From positions 42,224,001 through 42,288,000 of the forward strand of contig NC_087251.1 of assembly GCF_037042905.1 (NCBI RefSeq): a stretch of DNA of 64,000 nt. The letters run 5' to 3'. The stretch comes from Lytechinus pictus. Lineage: Eukaryota. Position 1 is the stretch's first letter. Each line of letters begins with the position of its first letter. Of the stretch, positions 1 to 14,355 are shown in pieces. Under the pieces are notes generated by a model. The model was not told where the DNA came from. It saw only the letters and a program-made list of their open reading frames with translations, and did not search any database. The translations under genes and the position numbers were made by a program.

Positions 1-3000
1 TTATATCAATTCCTGAATAAGGCTTCGAATAGAGTGATTCATCAGTCTTGATAATATTAAGTTATTTTTCATATTTGTACAATGTTGTTTTCATTTTTAT
101 ATGATAAATAAAACTAAACTAAACATAATTTCAAGAGAAGGCAAGAGCATTGGCAGATAATATTAAACCATCACTACATCATCATCAACGTATATGATTA
201 CAGAAATGAAATTGTTAATTATTGGCGAGAGGGTTGCCAATGTATATGAGTTTGATTGAATTAGTGATAAAGATTTACTTCTTTAATGATATGCCATACT
301 CGAATGACTGTCTTAAGATTAATGATTATTATCCAAGTGTTTATACACACTTAAAATTCTGCCCCCCCCTTCCGCTCCTTGTTATAACATTATTTGAAAT
401 GTTATCTTGTATTCCATCTCAAAGCCAATGAAACTAAAGATGCCACGTCAACATCGTTATATGACTTGGATGCTTACATTATGATTTCTCCAGTCTCAAG
501 TGACTGTGTGGTGTCACTGGCATCTGCAGAGCTACATGTATGTCTTATTTATGTCTTATCAGAATACATGAATATTCATACCCATAAAAAAAGTGACACC
601 GTGGGGCTTCTGGCCTGAATATTTAACTGAATGACAATATTATATAGCCATAGCACATGGACATTCACCAAAATAAGAATTTGACCAACACATTTTCTTT
701 TTATTACTCGCTTGGAAAAAGAGAATTTCTTGCCTTTAATCAACTCCTAATTTAATGCATATAACCAATATTTTCAATTGGTGTAGGGACATTTTTACCA
801 GATTATATTACTCAGAACCTTTAAGTTTTAATTTAAAAATGTGATATAATTTTTATATTAAAGACATAGGTTAGCATTACAAATGTCTTATTTTAGAAAA
901 TTCTGTATCATTGATGCGTGTTATAATGCTGTTCTTGTAAATTAAATCTAAAAAAAAACACTTAATATGAAAATGCCCCCCCCCCCTTTGAAAGCCATAC
1001 AAATATTTTAATGAAAATTTGCAGTTCATAATTAAGTGATCCACCTTTTTCTTTTTTGCTTTTCAAATTATTCCTGGAACAAAGTCACCTCTATTTTGTA
1101 TAGTGATACCCCCCCCTTTTTTTTTGCTTGTCAAATTATTCCTGCAACAAAATGCCCCCCCCCCCCCTCTTTGGAAAATCCTGGATCCGCCCCTGATCCA
1201 AGGTACAGGTGTCAGAGGTGACAAATGGGAACTTGCAGCTCAAGATTTTTTAAAAGGTAAAACACCAATGCCTTTTTGTAATTTCTTCTATATGCTTATA
1301 ATACATGGTCGTAAATCCTTCAACAAAGATAGATTATTGTCATTAATGTGTTTACCATACTCCTAGGTTCAAAGGTCAGATGATGAGAAAATAACATGTA
1401 GATCAATGTATTGCAACACTATTTGCACAGGGGTGTATTTAGGGGAGAGCTTCATCAAGGAATTTGTTCTGTATTTGAACTGACAACAGCGAAAAGCTCC
1501 TGAATTCCTTGCATGTTATTGGTCCAAAGCTACTTTGCAAGTGAAAAATCACATGCAAGATACTTTGTGAAAGATTCCCCTGGATGAGACCTAGGAAAAT
1601 TGAAAAACCACAGAGATCGATCCATGAACTCAATTATTGAATGAAGAACTTGACAGACCACCAAACCAAATTATACAGAATGGTAAAACCATGGTGACCA
1701 GAGTTAGCTGCAATTTTAAAGATTAAAACAAACAACTTTAAAACAAAAATCAATAATTTCAGAGGGAAAAGTTCCCATGATTAGAGCAAAAGAGGAATTT
1801 TATTCACTCCAATAATTGCAATTTAGAATGTCTCTATGACGGGAAATCACGATATAAATTTGTTTAGTTACAACTTACAAGTATCTCATGCATTCAAGAA
1901 GGACAATACCTAACAAATTTTGTATGATGCAAAAAATATAGATTTTATCAAAACACTTCTTTCACTGTTGGCACAAGAATACTTTGGGTTTTTTTTTGTT
2001 GGTCGTTCTATACTGTGCTTCTCAAATCAAGAGAAGTTGATTACATATTGGCAAACATGTCCGAATGAATTATCTTGCATCATTACTCTGAGATAGAGTA
2101 AACAGCTGTCAATAAACAAAATTAAGCATAATTGTTTGTGGATTCTTTCCACATGGAGAATAAAATTATCTATATGCTTGGAAAAAAGGATTTGTACAAT
2201 ATTGAACTCGTTATATAAAGGCATGAGTTGAATAAGGGGTTAATCATCTCTACCTATAAGTACAAAAATATATAGAACTAGGGATTACGAGATTAAAACC
2301 TTATTGACATTGTTGTACCATTTTCTCCATCTAAATCTTAATCCAACAAATCTCTCCTCGATACAGGTAATACAATTCCTTTGATCAACCGTTCTTTCAG
2401 ATAATAGTTATCTTTAAAAAGAAAAAAAAAGAAGTTGTCAAACAGAAAACAAACAGACCTAAATAGTGACTTATTGGTAAAATGGTAGGCCTACCCCATA
2501 ATCTTTAATCTTTGAAAAGCGGGCTATTTTTTATCAACAAAAGCTCTGAAAAGAACTCCTACCACTGTAAGAAAAGTTATCATACAGGATGTAAGAGCTC
2601 CTAACATGTGATGTTCCTTTTCAGAATATCTGCAAAAGACATTCAAAAAAATTATCACTAAGAATATGACTAATTTGATTGTCTGAAGATAAAATCATGA
2701 TTGCTTGAAAGTGTATCGACTGGTAAATTAGTACCCTGTAATCTTTGAAAATAATTATCAATGAAAGCTTTTAAAAGAGCTGATAGGATATTGTTATAAT
2801 ACAGAATATAAGAGCTCGTAATGTGTTCAATTGCTTTTCAGCAAATCTGGAAAAGACATTTTTTTTTTATTGGTAAATGATTAATTTGATTAATTTGATT
2901 CTCCTAGGGTAAAATCATGAATTTGTTTTACAGGTACAATTTTAGCCTGTAATAGTGTAATATTTGATAAGCATGGTATTTCAATCAACTTAATCTATAA

Positions 3001-3622
3001 AAAGAGCTGCTTTCACTGCAAGAATATCTATCTAACAGAATGTGAGAGTTAGTAAAATATGCAGTTGCTTTTCAGATAATCTGGAAAAGACATACATGTA
3101 AGAAAGTATTGATGAATTTATAAATATAGAATATGATTAATTTGATTCTCTGAAGATCTACACATGCACTCTGCATACCATGTGAAGGAAAAAAAAAGAA
3201 GATTTTATGAAGATAGGTCTAAATTTAAATGGAAAACAAAATTGACGGAAATAGAACTGGAAATCCTTTTTTATTGGGGGATGCACTATTTGTAACCAGG
3301 AAAGTCCCTGGTATAGGCCCCATGATATATCGCACCATACTTTCTTTTTTTACACTGAAGAACAAAATTATACACATTCAAATTATGCCATCCTTCGGCT
3401 ATTTCCGGTGTTGAGGATTAAACACTGAGGTCCCTTGTCTTGATTGGATTGAGGCAATTTGAACTATTGTGAAGGAATAATGCTTGTTATGTGACTGACA
3501 GGATGTGCATGATTGCTAATCCTTCCTTTCTTCCAATCTCATTCACAAAAATACTACCCCATCCTAACCCCAACCCCCCAAAAAAAAATGATAAAAAAAG
3601 AAAGAATAATACTTCTTCTACA

Positions 3623-3674
3623 TCTACTACTACTACTACTACTATACTACTACTACTACTACTACTAGTAGTAG

Positions 3675-3767
<93 letters not shown>
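3623..3767. repeat. (CTA)n microsatellite followed by an (AAT)n-like tract
   Basis: Directly visible; it produces the spurious poly-Leu ORF. Confidence 0.97.
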
Positions 3768-4158
3768 ATAAAATTAAAAAAACTGGTTAAATGATAATAA
3801 TCATAATAATCATTGATAATAATGAGAATAATATAAGTATAATAATAATAATGATAAAATGGTGCTAGATTGATATAGCGCTTTTTGCCAGATGATACTA
3901 TTCAGACACGTTTCCCTAATAATAATATAAATATAGTATATTGAATATTATTAAAGCACTTTAATAAAATGTTTAAATATATCTAAGCGAGGGAGTGAAG
4001 ACACTGACTTTATCACCTGCAGAGCACTTTCATTTTTTGTAATTGAAAATTAAGGATCTGGTGGTGACTGACTTAATATGGATTTTTCAAACAGAAAGTT
4101 TGCAATTAAGGAAGGAAGTTGTTAAAATTTCAGGAGGGGGAGAGGGAGGTGTAACTAA

Positions 4159-4610
4159 GAGGCTGTTCTCACTACGTTCCTAAAACTAGTTTACTGGAAA
4201 CTAGTTTAGTGGAAACTAGTTTAACGCATAGTGAGAACGGTCGAAGCGGTCTTGGAAGCGATCTTCCAAACCAGTTTGGAAAACCACCTCGCGATGTAGT
4301 TTTCAAGATCGCTTTGCCTCGTTAAACTGGTTTTAGCGTAAGTAAGGACACAACCGTTCTTCGGGAAGCGATCTTCGCACATTTTGAGCGCGCTACTCAA
4401 CACGACAGGTGTAGAATGCCTCGAATTTCGCGCGAAACGTGTCACCCCACTGAGAGCGTTTCCATAGCAACAAGAGCGCTTTACGTGAAGTGATTTTGAA
4501 AACCACTTTCGTGTGATCAAGTGGGAACGCTAGCAAAGCGATCTTCCAAACTGGTTTCCTGAATCGGTTTCCAGTAAACTAGTTTTAGAAAGCGTAATGA
4601 GAACGGCCTC
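4159..4610. mobile_element. PIF/Harbinger-like MITE, copy A
   Basis: TIRs of about 40 bp (GAGGCYGTTCTCAYTACG...AAAACTAGTTTACTGGAAAC), flanked by TAA and TGA. Confidence 0.8.
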
Positions 4611-4613
4611 TGA

Positions 4614-5048
4614 GACACCGTTCTCATTATACTTTCTACAACTGGTTTACTGGAAACCGGTTCGGGAAACCAGTTTAGAAGATTGCATTGCTCGCGTTCC
4701 TATTTGATCACCCGAAAGTGGTTTTTAAAACCACTTCACGTAAAGCGGTCGTGTTGCTATGGGAACATTCTCAGTGGGGTGACATGTTTTCGCGTGAAAT
4801 TTGAAACTGCAGCGTAGGCATTCCACATACAGTGCGTGGATTAGCGCGCTCAAAATGTGTGAAGATTGCTTCCCGAAGAACGATTGTGCCCTCACTTACG
4901 CTAAAACAAGTTTAATGAGGCAAAGCGATCTTCTAAACTAAATCACAAGGTGGTTTTCTGAACTGATTTAGAAGATCGATTCCAAGAGCGCTTTGACCGT
5001 TCTCATTACACGTTAAACTAGTTTTAGGACGGTAGTGAGAATGGTGTC
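4614..5048. mobile_element. PIF/Harbinger-like MITE, copy B, inverted relative to copy A
   Basis: Ends GACACCGTTCTCA and TGAGAATGGTGTC, flanked by TGA and TAA. The internal sequence is the diverged reverse complement of copy A. Confidence 0.78.
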
Positions 5049-6235
5049 TAACAGTTTTGTGTAAAAATAAAGATACCAATGTCAAGCGATTTTCTTGGTC
5101 TTTCCAACCATTTTTTTTTCAAGCAATGAATATGTTGTAAGGCTGGGGAATTAAGTGTGAAAATCATAGTAAACTTTGAGGTCGATTTTCTTTGAAATGG
5201 GTTTGCACCGTCGTATGTACGACGGATGACCACCGACGATATTGCTAAACTTTAAAATTCAATAACCTATTTGTTATCAGATTTTGATGAAAATTTCAGC
5301 ACATTGATCTGTGAATTTTCCTCTATCTATTAATAGCTATGAGCCAACGTATTTTCAGCCTCGAGTACTTTAACTCTAAGTTTCCCACAAATTAGCAAGA
5401 ATAATGATCAAATTCCATTAACCAAGTCGTTACTTTTTTTGTTTTATACAAAATGCATGTTTATGTCTATCTTGCATACATTACATGTCTATATGTATAG
5501 TTATCAGAATATAAGAGTATTAATTTCATGCACAGGAATATTTAAATGACACAACTTTTTGCAAAGCCATCACCTTGTTCATTTTTTATTTTACTGCGAA
5601 GGGGGGGGGGGTTAAAACACACAGAAAAGTATTACACATGACATGATTCCTTCATCCACCGATCAAACAAAAAGGTGAAGAAAAAAAACAGAAGCGATTT
5701 TGTTTTTTAATACAGGCTTATAGCATTAAGAGAAATGGAAGAGAGGAGGGGTATTTATAAAATCACACAGATGTCTACAACAGTTGCATGTAATCTTTAA
5801 ATTGGGATTACCTTGAGACAGAAAGTATCTTATAAGATTTGCAATTCAAAAAGTTAGAGCCACAGGAAAGTAACGGATGACAAATATAGGTGAATTTTGA
5901 TGTCAGTAGGCCTATCAACTGTGATACTATTAAGGGCCAAAATATCTGGATATACAAGGAAGGTGTGGACTTGTATTTGGGCTTACAAAAGTTCTGTGAA
6001 CAGTTATGAAAGAGGGGTGGTCAGTTTCAAGATTAGGGTGTATTTCCTACAGTATAAGACCAAGGAGGAGTTCCAAGAAAATATTTGCAATCAATAACAC
6101 AATTATGTTGCTCATGTTTATTTATTTATTTATTTAATTATTTTGTTTTATTTATTTTATACTGCAGGGTAGGCCTGTTCAGTTCTTAAAACTGCTTTAC
6201 AAAGGCGCCCTGATGTACAATTGATACATGTATAT

Positions 6236-6471
6236 CAGGGCTCGACATTAGCAGTGGCCCGAGGCAACCAAAAATGAGAGACGGGCCACCAAAATTCTGT
6301 AAAAGCCCACAATTGGTGGCCCGGTCGGGCTACCAAAGTTTTTGATAAATTGTGAAGTTTTCTATTGTTTAAGGGCCACCAAATTTTGCATTTCGGGCCA
6401 CCAAGAATATGAAATTGATGATTTTGGTGGACCAATCGGGCCACCAAGAAAAAAGTTAGTGTGTAGCCTTG
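6236..6471. mobile_element. Short TIR element (CAGGGCT... termini) with internal GGGCCACCA motifs
   Basis: Imperfect TIR CAGGGCTCGACATTA against TAGTGTGTAGCCTTG; no clear TSD. Confidence 0.5.
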
Positions 6472-6492
6472 GACATAACAAGTATAGCTTAA

Positions 6493-6886
6493 AGATAAAT
6501 TCCAGTTTTGGTAACGATCTAAAAATGACTTTTTACAGAATCTAATATAATGACCACCTAAATGTCTGTTTGTATGAATAAAAAATATGTGCCAAAGGAT
6601 TCTGGAAGAAATTGTGTAATTGCTGAGAAATAAGCAAAATAAGCGCGGATTCGGTCACTTCCGTCGGGTCTTTATTTTAGCAATAATAATACAGTGTCCC
6701 ACGTGTGCCTATCTGTGTTGGTGATCTTCAGTGTGAACATTTTTCATCGTAGATTTCAAGATTTCACAAAGTTCAGTTTATGTAACTGTACCAGATCTAG
6801 ATCCTCGATGATATACTGACAATTAAGCCTTGTTTTACAGACTTTCTCATGAAATCAGTGTTTACTGCAAATACTGGAATTTCTCT
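6493..6886. mobile_element. TTAA-TSD MITE (Kolobok-like)
   Basis: TTAA|AGATAAATTCCAGT ... ACTGGAATTTCTCT|TTAA. A homologous copy is at 24051-24452. Confidence 0.8.
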
Positions 6887-7743
6887 TTAAGCAAACTGAT
6901 TTTTACTATTTGTTGCAAGAAGCAGACAGTCTGCAGACTAGCATTTAAATACAAATAATTTGCAATTAGCCGCCATACTTATGACTAATTTTAGGATAAA
7001 AAAATCGACTTGCAATTGATAGCAAGTTTCTTGCGCAAGTTTCTTGCAATACCCCCATTAGAGTGATTGGACGTTGTCTGAATGAGGTAAGATTTACAAA
7101 TGGAGGGGGGGGGGCTTAATGCCAGCATATATTATACAAGTACAACGTTTCATTGAGAAAAATAAACATTTATACCTTTATACTAGTATATTTTATCATC
7201 CTATTTGCTGTACCAAAAAATAGTCAATTATCACCATAATCCCGTATACCATATACGTTTCAATACACTCATATAGGGGGGGGGGGTTCGCTGACACTTT
7301 TAATTTACATATCATTACCATAGTTATATTTATATTTTGATATACATGTACTCTTCTCGATTTAAATTAGAATTACATCTGTGTACTACTACTCTCATAT
7401 TCATCTCTTCTGTCTTCATCTTCCCCCACCCTCTTTCCCTTCTCTATTGTACCTCCCTTTCCCCTTATCTCTACACTCTGTTCACCCCTTCCTTAATCTG
7501 TCAAGTTACGTACCTAATTGTTTGTATTTTTATTTGTAAATAATATATTTATAATGTTCGATTGCTATACCATGTTATCATTTTATTGTTATATTTTGTA
7601 AATCCAATGCAATTCAGTCTAAATGGCTGCCATATGTGGATATTTTAATAAAACCTTAAAACCTTCTTAATTATTTTTGTCTAATAAGATTTTAACAAAA
7701 TTTTGTTTAATCCCACCCCCATGATAAGCAAATATTAAGTGTA

Positions 7744-7973
7744 CAGTGGTGCTAAAAAAGTTGGTGAACCCCACCAGAAAATGAACATATTTAAGTGTTC
7801 AAGTTCTGCCATGTTTTAGATATTTAATTGTGAAGCCGGGCGATAAATTATCACACTGAATGAAGTTTGTTTCTCTAGACTCACTGAAAATTGTAATGCT
7901 GTTGTCTATATTCAACACTCTGCATGAAGTTGTGTATTTGTGGTGGGGTTCACTAACTTTTTTAGCATCACTG
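7744..7973. mobile_element. Tc1/mariner-like MITE
   Basis: TA|CAGTGGTGCTAAAAAAGTTGGTGAACCCCACCA ... TGGTGGGGTTCACTAACTTTTTTAGCATCACTG|TA. Confidence 0.88.
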
Positions 7974-10900
7974 TAAGTTTAAAGAAAAACTTAATAATAT
8001 TTCCCCTGGGTTTCCTACATTAAATCCTGAATGCAGAATGAATGCCACTATTTCACAGGAAGGAAATCATTCACCTGGTAAGACTACTGGTGTAGAAATA
8101 TGGCAATGCAAGGGAAATCATAAAACCTCTTGCCATAACCCAGATCATAGAGCTTCAGTGTGAAATAATCCTAAGAACAAACAACCTAGGAGCAAAAGTT
8201 TCTATTCAAATATTGACCTGCTGTATAGGGTGGATATTGAACAGACGTGATAGTAAACAAAAAAATTGGCACGAAACTTACTAAAAATGCTCAAAAAGAT
8301 CACACATCAATCATTTGCCTATTATACTACCGACTCCTGGCACCTACACTGGTACTTCACTGCACAAATCGAATTGGACTCAAACATATTCTCTAAAAAT
8401 TGTTATATAATCTTTCCATACTGTTCCTATCTGAAACACCCTAGTAATGATATAATTTGTTTCAATATATATATACAGTGTTATGGAGCCTGTTTCTTGT
8501 AGATTTCTTTGTTCAATGTTCATTTACTTGATTTGAATAAAGAAGACTTTAATTTGGACTCATAATGCAATACTATTTTCCTTCCAGTTGAAATATAGAT
8601 CTATTTAAGCAGCATCTCTGTGACTATCTTATCCTTATCTTGAATTCTGTTCACACACTCATTCAACGGATATTTTATAAAGAATTTGCACTCTTTTTGT
8701 CATGTTTTGAGCCAAAAATCTACTTTCATTGTCACAGGATTTCTTAAAATTAAAGTTCCAAGAAAGGACTCTGGATCTAAAAGTATAAATTCGAACATTT
8801 ACATAGAAGATCATCCGGATCATCTATTCAGCATTTATGAAGCCATGTTTTTACCTTTTGCAGTACATGACTGTATTGGTCCATGCATGCTTATATACCT
8901 ATCGATTCTTGGGGGGGGGGGGGGTTAATACAGGTATTCCACTAAAAGAAGACATGAGAAAGGATGAAGAAACACTCAAAACACAAAAGAGGAAAAGGGT
9001 GGAAAAGGGCCGAGAAATGACAGCATTTTCCAGAGCCCTATTATTTAAAGAGTAATGTCACTTCTCTGCCCTTTTAAAAGGTGATTTAGCCCTTTTCCAA
9101 CCCTTTCATTTTTTTTTTAGAATGCATGAAATAGTTCACTTGGTTAACATAAGATCTTTCGAGAAATGAATAAAAGAGATTAAAATTATATACCTTTGTA
9201 ATGGTTTGTGACTCCTTGTGTATGGTCTACAAAATACATCTTGGCAGAGTTAGAGTTTTAATAAAATACTTATACATGTATGTGGATTACCTGAGGAATG
9301 AATGAAGTAATCCTTATGGATTACATGGAAGTATTAATAAAATCATTGGATTACATGAGGTACTATGTAATAATGAAGTAATCTTGAAGGATTACATGAG
9401 ACATTCTTGAAATAATCTAAATGGATTGCATCATTTTCATGAGGTATACATCTATAGAATTTTGTCTGGATTTCTTTGAGGTGTCTATTCATGACCTACA
9501 TGTAGCATCAGTGATTATATTTTTTTGCTTGTCAAATTTTCCGTGGACAACAAATAGGTGAGAACCATATTTTTTTTTGCTTGTCAAATTTGATGACCTT
9601 TAATTTTAGGTGAAAACCATTATTTTTTTTGCTTGTCAAAGTTTCATCAGGAAAATGTGTCCCCCCTGGAAAATCCTGGATTCGACCCTGCCTAGCATAA
9701 AATTGATTTTATAATAAAACCCACTTTATATGGACTCTATAAAAAGCATGATTATAGGGATCATGAGGTATAATAGATTATTTTTCATGAATGGAAAAAA
9801 GTTTTATAGATTTGCACAATTAATAGCATATTCTTCATGGATTCTACAGGAAGTGGGGAATTTTTTACATAAAAGTGTATTTTGTATTTTATTTTCAAAT
9901 AATACATTCAAATATTATATTCAATTCAATGTTTTAGAAATGGAGTAAGGTCACTACAGAATATTTTATCCTGGCTCCTGGCAACTCTCATAAGCATCCT
10001 GATTAGCCCCCTTTCCTATAATTTATTCTATCCAGAATGACGGTTTAATGTCTCCAGGACAGCATGCTACAGACATGTTCTAATCAGTTCAATTAATTAA
10101 CTATCTTTGTGATTCATCTCGCAGTGCAGTTATCTTGACAGGTGCAGACAAGTCAGCGCCACAATGTAACAGTTTTACAATTCTGGATCTTCTTTCAATC
10201 CTGACCATGATGTGAACACGATCACTTGAAGCATAGTTGTAAAAGCAAACAAAAAACTCAAATCCAATATATCTTGTTTTTGTTTGCTCTCTGGGACTCT
10301 ACTTTTAGAAGATTGGTACCATTTTCTTCTGTATACTTTCTTCACTCAACAAACAGAGGAAAGTCAATATCTGAACCGAAGTCAGTGTTTAGTAAAATTT
10401 TCTCATTCCCTTAAATCATGGAGCTATTCTGTGTTAGCTCCATGCTTAAATGGTACATCAGAATATTACAGGGCTAACACTATATTATACACTTCTGATG
10501 TTGTAAATGTGGCTCTATTTCATTGTACAATGATACGCAACCAAAGTGGCAGGTATATTTTTCATTACTAGAATTCTACTACTAAATTTCCCAAGCAATA
10601 CTTTTGCCATATAACACAAATCCCAAAGTTCAGTGTTTCCCCTCAATTTATATATAGAGTACAATCCACAAGGGTATATGCTCTTGGTCTTAAAGCAGTT
10701 GGCCTATTTCTCAGAAAGTCTAAACACCACTTGGGCTATAAAACTAATTCTAAATACCACTTGGGCTTTTTGTTCTATCAATTTGGTCTAATATAGCTGT
10801 TTGGTCTACACTCCACTTGGTCTAACTGGAATTTAGAAATAATGGTTTATATGGGCTAAATGGCAATAAAACCGTAGAATTAGACCAAATGGAAAGTGGG

Positions 10901-11292
10901 CAGCAGGTGTAGACCAAGTGGTAACTCACCATCATTAGAGCAGGATGTAGGTCGATGATTTCAAGACATTCAGTGGAAACCTTTACCAAACATCAATCAC
11001 ACCAATAATGTGGTAATCTTGTCATCTTGAAGAGGACCCAGAAGAGGATTTTGTTACATGGATCAAGAAGAATCAATACAAGTGACACTAAAGGGATAAG
11101 CACTTCATACCCTGAGAGCATCTAGACAGTTCAAACGCTCAACGTCTATGGACCATTCAAAGAGGTAATGATCATCCTTTCTGCCAACACCGTCTGAAAG
11201 GGGGGTCTTACTTAATCTTCTGAGTCAGACAGACTTTCAACAATTCGTGGCACATCTGTCCGAGCCAGTTCATTGCACGAGCCAAGTCCACT

Positions 11293-11725
11293 CAATTTAT
11301 TCACTCATTACTTAAAAAAAAAAATTAATATTGAATACTGGATAGGTGTTAGTAGTCAGCAGCTGTCTTTTGTTTTAATAGGAGCTGCTTACTATCATAA
11401 TCTCACCCCCCCCATCCTCATCATGAGTTCCATTTTCCTTGTTTGTGAAAATTAATGAATAATTCTAAAAAGAAGTATTTATTAATCTTAATTCAAATGA
11501 CCTCAGGAGAGTCAATTTATTCACTCATTACTTTTTCAAAAAAGAATTATTTTGAATATTGGATAGGTATTAGTATTCAGCAGCTGGGTTTAATAAAACA
11601 GGAGCTGATTACTATCATAATCTTCTTCCCCTTATTATTGTGAGTAGGACTGCTTCTCCTTGTTTGTGAAAATTAATGAATGACTCAAAAAAAATATTGT
11701 ATCAGTCTTCATTCAAATGACCCCA
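11293..11725. repeat. Older tandem duplication, two copies of about 220 bp
   Basis: CAATTTATTCACTCATTACTT...CTTGTTTGTGAAAATTAATGAAT...ATTCAAATGACC is repeated. Confidence 0.8.
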
Positions 11726-11984
11726 AGGAGCATTTTGACCAAACAAATAAAAAGAGATGAGCCCCATGTCATGTGTGTGAGGGGCGGTGTCACAATGGGG
11801 GAGGGTTGGATATTTGACCAAAGATGAGTGCAGATAGCATCTTCTCAAAAGATGCAGGTTGTTGTGTTTTTCAAATCGCTGCTGCTGTTATGGTCAATGG
11901 CATTTTTTTTACAAGTATTTCAAATCTTATGAAGATATTACTGCATAGGAAATACATTTGTTTATAGACACATTGGTAGCTTAA

Positions 11985-12578
11985 AGGTCAAGTCCACCCC
12001 AGAAAAGTATTGATTTGAATCAATAGACAAGAATCAAACAAAAATAACACTGAAAATGTCATCGAAATCGGATGTAAAATAAAAGGTTATGAAATTTTAA
12101 AGTTTCGCTTATTTTTCACAAAATATTTATATGCACAACTCAGTGACATGTAAATGAAAGAGTCGATGATGTCCATCACTCACTATTCCTTTTGTTTTTT
12201 TATTGCTTGAATTGTACAATATTTCATATTTTAGAAATTTGACAATAAGGACCAACTTGACTGAACCATAAAATGTTAAAATAATGGTTATTCCACATGT
12301 TCAGAGAGGAATAAAACTTTGTTTCACAGGACAATGGGGAGGAAATCAGAATGTGTTTATATTTCATGCAATGAAATACAAAATAAATAGTGAGTGGATG
12401 ATGTCATCAGTTCCCTCATTTGCATACAGACCAATGCAGGATGTGCATATATAGAAATTAAGTGAAAGTTTGAAATGTCATAACTTTCTCATTTTACATC
12501 CAATTTGGAGGAAATTTTCAGTGTTGTTTGTTGGATTTTTCTCTTTGTATTATCATTTTGTTGGGGTGGACTTGTCCT
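11985..12578. mobile_element. TTAA-TSD MITE (Kolobok-like), second family
   Basis: TTAA|AGGTCAAGTCCACCCCA ... TGGGGTGGACTTGTCCT|TTAA. Confidence 0.85.
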
Positions 12579-13717
12579 TTAATTATAGAATTCTGGAGAA
12601 ACACTATTCGCAGACTGCACAAACAGTTCATCATGTAGGCCTGAGTGCATGATACTATCAAGGTGGTGATAAGACTTGTAATTCTTTTTCACAAATTGAT
12701 AGACTTTTGAACATATAGTGGGTGACCAAACTCGTTTTCCAAATGGTAATAATTAGAAGAGCAACAAATTTAAATGAGGAGGAAATAAATAAAGGATGTT
12801 CCCTCCGACCAAAATGGCAACCACCCTTTCCCTCCATCAAGAACCAAATCAGTGCTGGCATGTGGCAATATTCCCGACAGTAGCCACATGTTGCGTGCTG
12901 AGAATAAGCGGATGCGCAATGAAATATCAGAGTGCACGGACCAATGTGTCGGAAACAGCTTGTCCGTTATCCATCAATCTCCATTCCTAGTTCTACTGAA
13001 TTCAATTACAGCATCTAGAATGGGTTTTTAATGTTGTGAAAGGTTGCAAGGTCTATGGAGATGATGATACATAGTACACTCATTAGCTGAGAGGCAGAGA
13101 TTGACGGCTTTCAATTTCCTGATTTTATTCTAACATTTATCATAATTCAGATGAGGCAATTATGAAAAGTATAACCTCAAAATCATAAACAAGAATAAAA
13201 TAAAATTCAGAAGTGACTAAACATAAAAGATTTATGTATGATATAATACTAAAATAAAAGTTATACTTTCAACATACTTTTACCAAAGCATGAAATGAGC
13301 TGAGGAGAAAGGGCTTTGGCAATTTTTCACTCATAAATATTTAAAACAGAAAGTAGGCCTAAATGAGCTTTATTGAATAAATCCATGCATCAACAAATTT
13401 TCTGTAATTAATACAGGTCATAATACAAGAGTAATTGTTACACCACTCTATTGAATAATTAAATATTATTAAATATTACATGTATTTTACTTTAATTCCA
13501 TGGAACATAAAACAAAATCCTCTAATTATGGTTCACTAATATTATCAATCAAAACAACTCAGCATGCTACACAAGTGTATTTGGATACATGATAAAATGG
13601 GCCAAGTTATCGAGTTTTAACAGTATAACCAATCTGCTTGATATATTGGCATTTAAAATCGGCCATAAACACTTGAAGATAATTGTTGAATATTGTTGAT
13701 CATGCACTCTTCTCAAA

Positions 13718-13895
13718 CAAGAGAAGAAAGTGGAAGAGTAGAAGGGGAAGAGAGGGAGAAGATGGAGGAGAAGAAGGTGGAGGAGGAGGGAAAGAAGATG
13801 ATGAGGAAGAGGAAGGAGAAGAGGAAGAAGAAGGAAGAAGAGGAGGGGGAGGAGGAAGAAGGAGGGAGAAGAGGGGGAGGAGAAGAAGAAAGGTG
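13718..13895. repeat. GA-rich low-complexity tract
   Basis: GAA/GGA runs, directly visible. Confidence 0.9.
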
Positions 13896-14253
13896 ATCAT
13901 GGTGATAATGATGAAGTAAAACAAACGGCAAACAAGAAGATTATCAAGATGAATAAGATTTGGGAAGAAGAGGAACTCACTTCTCAGGAAAAGAAATAAA
14001 GTAGGAACAGGGAAAATATGAGAAAATGAAATCCAAAATTGAAAATCATATACTGATAGTGGTATAGATCTATAAAGAGTATTTAATCCTACCCATGCAT
14101 ATGTAAGTTTTTCCCTTGCAAACTAAAATTACTGTTCAGATCTAGACTTAACATTTCTTTTTCCATATGTGACAAGAGTAACTAACACCTTTCACAAATT
14201 ACCAGCATTTAATTACCTTAAATCTCATTTAGTAAAATTAATGGGATACTTAC

Positions 14254-14355
14254 AGCTATATCATGATCTTTGTATGTTGAATTAATCAGGTACAGTACAC
14301 TTGCGAAGGCGGCAAGAATAAGAGTGAAAAACCACAATCGCTTCCTTCGAGGCAT
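14254..14355 (-). CDS. First coding exon of a type II (signal-anchor) membrane protein, glycosyltransferase/sulfotransferase-like topology; downstream exons not identified
   Basis: MPRRKRLWFFTLILAAFASVLYLINSTYKDHDIA has a basic cytosolic tail, then a hydrophobic span, then a phase-0 GCT|gtaagt donor. In-frame upstream ATGs exist (up to 14454). A CpG-richer promoter-like zone lies at about 14550-15000. Confidence 0.6.

Noticed and set aside
3491..3790. 99-aa poly-Leu/Thr ORF
   Set aside because: It is the translation of a (CTA)n microsatellite.
10921..10990. Apparent minus-strand exon with a GTGAGT donor
   Set aside because: The donor-like motif is the end of a TTGGTCTA/TAGACCAA foldback repeat, and the frame gives no recognisable protein.
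13683..13931. Glu/Gly/Arg-rich and Ser/Pro-rich ORFs on both strands
   Set aside because: Artefact of the GA-rich low-complexity tract.
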